Source: Bacteroidota bacterium (GTDB lineage Bacteria > Bacteroidota > Bacteroidia > NS11-12g > UBA955). Taken from it: DNA of 64,000 bases. The notes below the pieces were generated by a model. It was given only the letters and a program-made list of their open reading frames with translations. It did not search any database and was not told the origin of the DNA. Numbering within the stretch: the stretch's first letter is position 1; each line of letters begins with the position of its first letter. The position numbers and the translations under genes are program-made. The stretch spans positions 10,397 to 74,396 of the forward strand of contig JAURIG010000001.1 of NCBI GenBank assembly GCA_030832905.1. The letters are read 5' to 3'. Positions 56,673 through 64,000 of this stretch are shown here, one piece after another.

Positions 56673-57814
56673 GCGCTTAAATTAGCCACTAAAGATTGTG
56701 AGGACTTTAAGCCATAACCATTGCTGCTATTAAACATGGCATAGGGGCTTTTGAGTGCTCTATATTCTAAACGAAACATAGATTTACTGCCCAACATATG
56801 AGAGTAACAAAGTCCTGACCCATATAAAACAGAACCAGGAACATGATTAATAGATTGCAATTGAATGCCAAACATATCTTTGAAATACTCCATTCTGAAT
56901 GACAAAAAAGATTGATTAGACATAGCCCATTTAAGGACTGTGTTGGCTTGCCCCCATTGAGCTTTTGACGTTTGATTAACAGAATCAACACGATTTTGTT
57001 GCCCTAAATAAACACAAGTATAGGCGGTTAATACTTTATTGATTTTGCAGGTCCACTGTAAGTCATAGAAAGTTCGCAAGCGCCATTCAGGATGTAAATC
57101 AAATTGTTCTTGGCCAACATAAACATTACCAATTAAAGTGTGATTTTTATTTGGCACAAATTCAAATTGACCAACAATTGATTTTTGTTGATTGTTGTCT
57201 ATGATATTTTGCCAACCGTTAACAATATACCAATAGGTTGTTAAATCTTTTTTGATGGGCAAAGTAAGCTTAACGCCCGAAAGATAATAGGGCACATATT
57301 CTGGTGCCAAAGAACGGGTATACATGGGCTGATCCTTTGATATAGCAGTTTCAGTACTAAATGGCGAAGGTAAAACACCCGCGTCTATCCATATGTCTTT
57401 TTGTTTAAATGGTTTTACCCCAATATTAGCTTCAACAAAATGTTTGAAGGAACCTGTTTCAGCTGCATAATTGGCATCCATATACCCTCCGAAGCCTGGA
57501 ATGAAATGCATCCTCATGCGGTCTTCGGTATACTTGATATCCAAATACGCCAAGTTAACACTCATTTCATTGTGCCTATTTGAAGATACAAAATAGGGCA
57601 CATCGCCACTTTTGGGTTGGTTAAATTGGTATTGGTAATAGACATCTAAAAATGCCCCTACCTCAACCTTGTTGTTTTTAAGTGGTGTGACATGGTAAAA
57701 TTTCATTTGTGATTTATTAGCTTCTGAATCAACTTGATTTTGGGGTGTATTTTGGGCTAATGCATTACCCCCTAAACAGAATAATCCTAGTAAAAACAAT
57801 GTATGGGTTTTCAT
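56663..57814 (-). CDS. Outer-membrane beta-barrel porin-like protein
   Basis: Signal peptide (LFCLGGNALAQ), an alternating aromatic pattern and a C-terminal ...NLSAWF. It starts 1 nt after the kup stop. Confidence 0.65.
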   Translation of the reverse strand: MKTHTLFLLGLFCLGGNALAQNTPQNQVDSEANKSQMKFYHVTPLKNNKVEVGAFLDVYYQYQFNQPKSGDVPYFVSSNRHNEMSVNLAYLDIKYTEDRMRMHFIPGFGGYMDANYAAETGSFKHFVEANIGVKPFKQKDIWIDAGVLPSPFSTETAISKDQPMYTRSLAPEYVPYYLSGVKLTLPIKKDLTTYWYIVNGWQNIIDNNQQKSIVGQFEFVPNKNHTLIGNVYVGQEQFDLHPEWRLRTFYDLQWTCKINKVLTAYTCVYLGQQNRVDSVNQTSKAQWGQANTVLKWAMSNQSFLSFRMEYFKDMFGIQLQSINHVPGSVLYGSGLCYSHMLGSKSMFRLEYRALKSPYAMFNSSNGYGLKSSQSLVANLSAWF

Positions 57815-57815
57815 A

Positions 57816-59759
57816 TTACTTAAAGGTATCTCTATCTAAATGAAGATGTTGATAAGGCGCATATATCAAAGGCACCTCTTCCTTGATCACATCACACTTG
57901 TCTAAACCAAATGCTTTCTCATCTTTTAAACTCCATTTTTTTAATCTAAAATAGCCATCAAGCATCAGACCCTCCCTAACAGTAAGTTCATTTTCTACAG
58001 ATAAGAACTTTTCAAAGATTACAAATTTAAAATCAGGCTCTGCATTATATTTGGTTGAACCATCTGGTCTTATATGTAAGTTCAATTCTTTATTTTTAAC
58101 TAAATCTTGAACAATCTGCTTAAAGAACAATTCTGTTTTTGGTTGAACTCTAAAGCCTACCTCAATATTGATTTTAATCACTTTATCATCTAAAATCTCT
58201 TCAACATGGTATGACATGGTATATGGACTTTCTGTTCTTCGTATATGAACAAACCAATATACATCGGCCCTTTTTGGTTTCTTGGCGAATATTGACTTAA
58301 TTATTTTTTCTTCTATTTGGTGAGTAGATTTGGCCTTAGTTAAATAAATCAAATGCGTTGAAACCTTTGGAATATCCATATCTGAGCTCAATTCTTTGAT
58401 CATGTTAGTGTAATTACTAATGTCTACAAAACTGGTTAAATGATTATTGATTTTTCTGGCTCTGTACCAAACATACATGACGCTTAAAATGAAAGCAGCA
58501 ATAAACAAGAACATCCAACTTTCTCTCAATTTAATAACATTAGCAATAAAGAAGCTGCCTTCAATAATTAAGAACACCCCTATCAAAGGCACTACTACCC
58601 ATTTGTTCCATTGTTTGATAAAAATTAAGAAATAAAACAACAAGATAGTGGTCATGAGCATAGTGATGGTAATTGAAAAACCATAAGCTGCTTCCATATG
58701 CTCTGAACTCTTAAAGTAAAGTATTAGCAAAACACAACCAATCCACAACAATGTATTGACACTTGGAATGTAAATTTGACCTTTAAAGTTACTCGGTTGT
58801 TTAACAGTTACTCTTGGCCAAAAATTTAAGTTGATGGCCTCATTGATTAAAGTATAAGAACCACTGATCAAAGCTTGAGAGGCTATTATAGCAGCACAAG
58901 TTGCCACACCAATCCCTATTAACAAAAACCATTGTGGCATCATTTCAAAGAATGGATTTCTCCCAGTTAAATAAGTTCCTGCATCATTTAATAACCATGA
59001 AGCTTGGCCAAAATAATTAACCAACAAACAAATTTTAACCATACCCCAAGTGATGCGAATATTTTCTTTACCACAATGTCCTAAATCAGAATATAAAGCC
59101 TCTGCTCCTGTTGTGGCCAAAAACACCGCACCTAACAACCAATAACCCTGAGGATATTGAGTTAACAGGGCGTATGCGTATTTAGGATGAATGGCATGCA
59201 AAACATCAGGGTGCTTCATGATTTGACTAAAACCAACCACAAATAACATCACAAACCAAAGAAACATTAATGGACCAAAAACAGCTCCTACCTTGTGGGT
59301 ACCAAAACGTTGAAAAAAGAACAATAAGGTTAGAATTATGATTACAATCGGCACAGTTGATAATGTCTTGAATTGAGGCAACATGGTTAAGCCTTCTACA
59401 GCTGACGCAACTGAAATGGGTGGCGTAATAATACCATCAGCTAATAATGTAGTCGCGCCTAAAATAGCAGGGAAAAACAACCACTTTTTGTGTCTTTTCA
59501 CCAAGGCATACAAAGAAAATATTCCACCCTCCCCTTCGTTATCTGCTTGAAGCGTTAACCATATATACTTTATACTGGTCTGAAACAATAAAGTCCAAAA
59601 CACACAAGATATACCTCCATAAACAAGTTCTTGAGATATAGGCCTTGAGCCAATAATGGCTTTCATTACGTACAAAGGACTGGTACCAATATCACCATAA
59701 ATAATACCAAAGGCTACCAACAAAGAGGCAATCGTAATTTTTTTAGAATGTTCAGACAT
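57816..59759 (-). CDS. kup: KUP/HAK/KT potassium transporter
   Basis: N-terminal GIIYGDIGTSPLYV signature, about 12 TM segments and a C-terminal cytosolic domain. 647 aa. Confidence 0.95.
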   Translation of the reverse strand: MSEHSKKITIASLLVAFGIIYGDIGTSPLYVMKAIIGSRPISQELVYGGISCVFWTLLFQTSIKYIWLTLQADNEGEGGIFSLYALVKRHKKWLFFPAILGATTLLADGIITPPISVASAVEGLTMLPQFKTLSTVPIVIIILTLLFFFQRFGTHKVGAVFGPLMFLWFVMLFVVGFSQIMKHPDVLHAIHPKYAYALLTQYPQGYWLLGAVFLATTGAEALYSDLGHCGKENIRITWGMVKICLLVNYFGQASWLLNDAGTYLTGRNPFFEMMPQWFLLIGIGVATCAAIIASQALISGSYTLINEAINLNFWPRVTVKQPSNFKGQIYIPSVNTLLWIGCVLLILYFKSSEHMEAAYGFSITITMLMTTILLFYFLIFIKQWNKWVVVPLIGVFLIIEGSFFIANVIKLRESWMFLFIAAFILSVMYVWYRARKINNHLTSFVDISNYTNMIKELSSDMDIPKVSTHLIYLTKAKSTHQIEEKIIKSIFAKKPKRADVYWFVHIRRTESPYTMSYHVEEILDDKVIKINIEVGFRVQPKTELFFKQIVQDLVKNKELNLHIRPDGSTKYNAEPDFKFVIFEKFLSVENELTVREGLMLDGYFRLKKWSLKDEKAFGLDKCDVIKEEVPLIYAPYQHLHLDRDTFK

Positions 59760-59783
59760 TTTTAAAACAGATAATTAATGGAG

Positions 59784-59791
59784 CAAATATA
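59784..59791 (-). promoter_or_regulatory. Candidate -7 promoter element for kup
   Basis: The minus strand reads TATATTTG (TAnnTTTG) 25 nt upstream of the kup ATG. No clear -33 TTG is present. Confidence 0.3.
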
Positions 59792-59812
59792 ATTTTTAAG
59801 CTCATATAAAAT

Positions 59813-59845
59813 AAAAAAAAGGGAATGAATTCATTCCCTTTTTTT
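59813..59845. terminator. Palindromic rho-independent terminator after trxA
   Basis: GGGAATGAATTCATTCCC (59821-59838) is flanked by A8 upstream and T7 downstream, so it could act in both directions. Confidence 0.75.
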
Positions 59846-59870
59846 AAAACGATTAAACAGTATGAATTAA

Positions 59871-60188
59871 TTATAATTGAGCATCAATTTTTTGCGCCAA
59901 CATATTTTTAGGTACGGCTCCAACAATTTTATCTACTACCTCACCGCCTTTAAATACCAATAAAGTAGGAATACTGCGAATGCCATATTTAGTCGCTACG
60001 CCTGGATTTTCATCCACGTTGAGTTTACCAATCACTGCTTTACCAGCATATTCATTTGCTAATTCTTCTACCAATGGGCCGATCATACGGCAAGGTCCGC
60101 ACCATTCTGCCCAAAAGTCTACTAATACCGGTTTGTCAGATTTAAGAACATCTTGCTCCCAACTTGAATCTGTAAATTGTGTTGCCAT
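59871..60188 (-). CDS. trxA: Thioredoxin
   Basis: WAEWCGPC active site in a 105-aa protein. Confidence 0.95.
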   Translation of the reverse strand: MATQFTDSSWEQDVLKSDKPVLVDFWAEWCGPCRMIGPLVEELANEYAGKAVIGKLNVDENPGVATKYGIRSIPTLLVFKGGEVVDKIVGAVPKNMLAQKIDAQL

Positions 60189-60248
60189 GTTTGTATTTAT
60201 TTGCTAGGTTATTCGAATTCAAAAAAACAATGTTTTTAATTGAGTTAA

Positions 60249-60278
60249 CAAATTTAAAATCCACATTCAAGTTTACAA
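60249..60278 (-). promoter_or_regulatory. Bacteroidetes-type promoter (-33 TTG / -7 TAAATTTG) for trxA
   Basis: The minus strand reads TTG-N19-TAAATTTG, with the -7 box about 60 nt upstream of the trxA ATG. Confidence 0.45.
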
Positions 60279-60315
60279 CATTGATTTTTTCAATCGAGGT
60301 ATAGGTTTATGCTGT

Positions 60316-62121
60316 TTATAATTTCTCAAATTCAGTTTGAACAAATTGATTTAAATCAGCCCCTTTCAGTAAGCCTTTTGACAATAAAGCTAAACTGATG
60401 GCTTTTTTAATCAACACCTGAGCATCGCTTTCATTCAAATCAAGTAAAGCTTTGGCTTTAGCATGATTGGTGTTCACAACGCCTTGGTATTTTATTGGCA
60501 TGTCACCGAACATATTAAAACCATTCATTTTACTCATATCACGCATGCGTCTATCATATTCACTTTCAGTCACCGTTATTAATGGTTCAGACACAGACAA
60601 GGCCTCTGCCACAATAGTCAAATCAGCTCTTTGCTTTCCTTTTTCAAACAGCTCTGTCAATTGCTTAACTTGATCATCACTTAATAAAGCAGTTTCGATT
60701 TTATCGTGAGGAATGAGTTTGTCGAGGGCATCGGCATCCACCCTTTTGCATTGTAATTTGTCATTATGCTGTTCTAAATAAGCCGTAAAATGATTGTCTA
60801 ATGGGCCCTCTAATTTTAACACAGAATATCCTCTTGATTCCGCAGCCTTAACATACGCATATTGCTCTTCTAAATGGTTGGTGTATAACACCACCAATTG
60901 TCCAGATTTATCAGTTTGTAAAGACACAACATTTTGTTTGTAATCATCAATGGTATAAGATTTATCTTGAGCATCTGTTAACAAACAAAATTCTTTAGCC
61001 TTTTCAGCAAATTTTTCATCACTCAACATGCCGTATTTTACGAACAAATCTATGTTGCTCCATTTGCTCTCAAAATCAGTTCTATTTTGCTTAAAAAGAT
61101 CCGATAATTTATCTGCCACCTTCTTACTAATATGAGTCGTTATTTTTTTAACATTGGCATCACTTTGCAAGCTGCTTCTTGATACATTCAGAGGAATATC
61201 AGGAGAATCAATAACACCATGTAATAACATCAAAAACTCAGGTAAAACATCTTTTACATTATCGGTCACAAATACTTGATTGCTGTATAATTGAACTTTG
61301 TGTTTGTCTGCTTCAATGGCAGAGCCAATTTTAGGAAAATATAAGATACCAGTTAGGTTAAAAGGATAATCAACATTGATATGAATCCAAAACAATGGCG
61401 CTGGCGCAAAAGGATATAATTTCTGATAAAATGCTGTGTAATCCTCATCTTTTAACTCTGAAGGTTTACTCATCCACAAAGGCTTGTCAGCATTGATTAT
61501 TGCCCCTTCGAATTCTATCGGAATTGGTAAAAACTTACAGTATTTTTCGAGTAATTGTTTGATCTTAAATGACTCATTAAACGACAAACTATCTTCTGCT
61601 AAATGTAAGATAATGTCTGTTCCTCTGGTTTTGCGTTTGCCCTTAGTGATTTTGAATTCAGTACTGCCATCGCATGACCATGCACTTGAAACAGCATTGT
61701 CTTGGAAGGATAAAGTTTGAATATCTACTTTAGCAGCTACCATAAAAGCAGAATAAAAGCCTAAACCAAAATGACCAATCACATTGGCATCGGTTTTATC
61801 CTTGTATTTCTGTACAAATTCCTCTGCACCAGAAAAGGCAACCTGGTTGATGTATTTTTCAATTTCTGCTTCTGTCATACCAATACCATTATCAGAAATG
61901 GTAAGGGTTTTCTTGTCAGTATCTAGAGCAATTGTAATTTTTAAATCGCCTAATTCACCTTTGAACTCCCCCATTCTGTTGAGGGCTGATAATTTCTGAC
62001 AAGCATCTGTAGCGTTTGAGACCAATTCTCTAAGGAAGATTTCATGGTCACTGTACAAAAACTTTTTAATGATTGGAAAAATGTTCTCGGTGTTTACTGA
62101 TATTGATCCTGATTTTGCCAT
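60316..62121 (-). CDS. htpG: Molecular chaperone HtpG (Hsp90)
   Basis: FLRELVSNATDA, GIGMT and GHFGLGFYSAFMVA motifs. 601 aa. Confidence 0.95.
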   Translation of the reverse strand: MAKSGSISVNTENIFPIIKKFLYSDHEIFLRELVSNATDACQKLSALNRMGEFKGELGDLKITIALDTDKKTLTISDNGIGMTEAEIEKYINQVAFSGAEEFVQKYKDKTDANVIGHFGLGFYSAFMVAAKVDIQTLSFQDNAVSSAWSCDGSTEFKITKGKRKTRGTDIILHLAEDSLSFNESFKIKQLLEKYCKFLPIPIEFEGAIINADKPLWMSKPSELKDEDYTAFYQKLYPFAPAPLFWIHINVDYPFNLTGILYFPKIGSAIEADKHKVQLYSNQVFVTDNVKDVLPEFLMLLHGVIDSPDIPLNVSRSSLQSDANVKKITTHISKKVADKLSDLFKQNRTDFESKWSNIDLFVKYGMLSDEKFAEKAKEFCLLTDAQDKSYTIDDYKQNVVSLQTDKSGQLVVLYTNHLEEQYAYVKAAESRGYSVLKLEGPLDNHFTAYLEQHNDKLQCKRVDADALDKLIPHDKIETALLSDDQVKQLTELFEKGKQRADLTIVAEALSVSEPLITVTESEYDRRMRDMSKMNGFNMFGDMPIKYQGVVNTNHAKAKALLDLNESDAQVLIKKAISLALLSKGLLKGADLNQFVQTEFEKL

Positions 62122-62201
62122 AGTATTTTTTTTATGCTAACGATTTCAAAATGTATACCCGAGGAAAAGTTGCGCAATTTTGTCATATTTGCAGACAACA
62201 C

Positions 62202-62963
62202 ATGTTTTTTTATCTGTCAAAACTTTTATTGTTTGTTTTAAAGCCGCTTCTTTGGATAATTGCAATGAGCATATGGGCGCTTTTGAGCAAAAACGATAGA
62301 CTTAAAAAGCGATTAAGTATACTATCTTTGGTGACTCTATTACTATGCAGCAATCCTTTTTTAGCTTATCAAACGGCTGGCTTATTAGAAAAACCCGAAC
62401 GCAATCGATTGGACTCACACTACCAAATTGGCCTAGTATTAGGCGGCTTTGCCAAATGGGATACCAGCCTTAACAGAACAGTTTTTTTTGAAGCCAATGA
62501 CAGACTAATGCAAGCGCTTAAATGTTATCATACAGGCTTGATTGATAAAATCATGATCAGCAGTGGAAGTGCTTCACTAATACATCAAAAAGCTAAAGAA
62601 GCGGATGCCATCAAAACTTACTTAATGTCTTTAAATATACCTGACTCCAATATTTTGATTGAAAACCAAAGTAAAAACACATTTGAGAATATAGTGTTTA
62701 GCAAGGAAATATTCAGACAAAAGAAACTTATAAGCAAGCCACTTATTTTTACCAGTGCATGGCATATTCCCAGGGTAAAAATGTGCAGCGATGTGTTTTT
62801 AAAATCTGACTTTTACCCTTGTCATTATCTGCACAACCCCAAGCAAAGCTTTGACCTATATGAACTTATAGTACCAAGTGCCAAAGCCATAGACACCTTT
62901 GAAATTTGCCTAAAAGAATGGATTGGGCAATTGGCTTATTGGGCAAAATTAAAATGGGCTTAA
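62202..62963 (+). CDS. YdcF/ElyC/SanA (DUF218) family protein
   Basis: N-terminal TM segments followed by the DUF218 pattern (GLVLGG..., ISSGS, ENQSKNTFEN, TSAWHIPR). I moved the start to ATG 62202. Confidence 0.7.
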   Translation: MFFYLSKLLLFVLKPLLWIIAMSIWALLSKNDRLKKRLSILSLVTLLLCSNPFLAYQTAGLLEKPERNRLDSHYQIGLVLGGFAKWDTSLNRTVFFEANDRLMQALKCYHTGLIDKIMISSGSASLIHQKAKEADAIKTYLMSLNIPDSNILIENQSKNTFENIVFSKEIFRQKKLISKPLIFTSAWHIPRVKMCSDVFLKSDFYPCHYLHNPKQSFDLYELIVPSAKAIDTFEICLKEWIGQLAYWAKLKWA

Positions 62964-63039
62964 GCAGTGTCTATTGTAGCGGTCAATGTTAGTACTTGAA
63001 TTTGCAATTTGACTTCAAAAGACTTCCCTTTGTATTGAG

Positions 63040-64000
63040 ATGAACATTCATATTTTAGCTTGTGGTGGAGCCGTTATGCACAATATTGCATTAGCCCTTC
63101 ATCAACTCGGACATACCATTACCGGAAGTGATGACGAAATTTTCGAACCAGCACTTTCAAGACTTCAACAAGCTGGCATCTGCCCACCTGCCTTTGGTTG
63201 GTTTCCAGAAAAAATAGACCAACACCTAGACTTTATCATTTTAGGCATGCATGCGCGTACTGACAATCCTGAATTGTTAAAAGCTCAAAGTTTAGGATTA
63301 AAAATTTACAGCTTTCCTGATTATGTTTATGAACACGCTAAAAACAAAACCAGAGTGGTAATTGGTGGCAGCCATGGCAAAACGACTACAACAGCCATGA
63401 TTATGCATGTCCTAAAAGTGCTAGGCAAAGACTTTGATTACTTAGTTGGATCTCAATTAGAAGGCTTTGAAACCATGGTTAAATTCTCAGACGCCCCGCT
63501 CATGATCATTGAAGGTGATGAATACCTTACCAGTCCTTTAGACAGGGTGCCTAAATTTTTAAAATACCATCCACATGTGGCAATGATTACAGGCATAGCC
63601 TGGGACCACATCAATGTGTTTCCTACTTGGGAAAACTATGTTGAACAGTTCAAATTATTCATTGAAACAATTAACCCTCAAGGGGCATTAGTGTATTTCT
63701 CTGGCGACAAAGAACTAACAGCATTAGCCCAATACAGTCCCGCAAAATGCTTACCCTACAACACGCCCTATTACCATATCAGAAACAATAAAGTGGTGAT
63801 TGGTAAACAAGATAAACACAGTTTGGAAATTTTTGGCGAACACAATCTTCAAAACGCTGAAGGCGCCTGTAAAGTCTGTCAAGAATTAGGCATAGATGAA
63901 GACACTTTTTACCAGGCTTTAAGTAGTTTTAAAGGCACTGCCAAACGCTTAGAAAAAGTGCACGAAACAAAAAATTTAACTGTTTTTAGAGATTTTGCGC
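63040..64000 (+). CDS. mpl: Mpl-like Mur ligase (UDP-N-acetylmuramate:L-Ala-gamma-D-Glu-meso-DAP ligase family), 3' end off the window
   Basis: This ORF is absent from the track because it is open at the right edge. Hand translation gives MNIHILACGGAVMHNIALALHQLGHTITGSDD...VIGGSHGKTTTTAMIMHVL...EGDEY...GEHNLQNA, all Mur ligase motifs. Confidence 0.8.
   Translation, partial: MNIHILACGGAVMHNIALALHQLGHTITGSDDEIFEPALSRLQQAGICPPAFGWFPEKIDQHLDFIILGMHARTDNPELLKAQSLGLKIYSFPDYVYEHAKNKTRVVIGGSHGKTTTTAMIMHVLKVLGKDFDYLVGSQLEGFETMVKFSDAPLMIIEGDEYLTSPLDRVPKFLKYHPHVAMITGIAWDHINVFPTWENYVEQFKLFIETINPQGALVYFSGDKELTALAQYSPAKCLPYNTPYYHIRNNKVVIGKQDKHSLEIFGEHNLQNAEGACKVCQELGIDEDTFYQALSSFKGTAKRLEKVHETKNLTVFRDFA

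Noticed and set aside
1-64000. Whole-window scan for defence systems, prophage or mobile elements, CRISPR arrays, tRNA/rRNA genes and long DNA repeats
   Set aside because: I recognised none of the following: integrase, transposase, reverse transcriptase, restriction/modification genes, toxin-antitoxin pairs, Cas genes, repeat-spacer arrays or tRNA-like T-arm sequences. Composition looks uniform, so there is no evidence of an accessory island.

Overview
This is a 64 kb AT-rich chromosomal segment that looks like Bacteroidota. The evidence is two large proteins ending in T9SS type-B (CHU_C/gliding-associated) sorting domains, a complete alternative complex III (ACIII, actABCDEF) operon, ribosomal protein L31 type B, Bacteroidetes-style TTG/TAnnTTTG promoter motifs, and adjacent parE-parC. 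I cannot place it below phylum level from sequence alone. I count about 58 protein-coding genes, almost all housekeeping or envelope functions. Two of them run off the window edges and are therefore missing from the ORF track: a CzcA-type RND pump at 1-3745 (-) and an Mpl-like Mur ligase at 63040-64000 (+). By eye I found no rRNA, tRNA, CRISPR array, transposase, integrase, reverse transcriptase or recognisable defence-island genes, so this is a core-genome window rather than an accessory island. The observations I consider most worth a second look are: (1) a tightly packed M48 peptidase plus three tandem AIM24/TIGR00266 paralogs appended to parE-parC; (2) ACIII ActB cut by one in-frame TAA, with the second half restarting on the next codon; (3) a CzcA permease reading in frame into a TolC-like domain through a signal-peptide-like segment; (4) a 5.4 kb block with zero intergenic bases, in which divergent genes share CATG start codons and convergent genes abut as TAATTA. 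All functional calls come from motif and family recognition by reading the translations. No database search was run, so I cannot establish novelty here.
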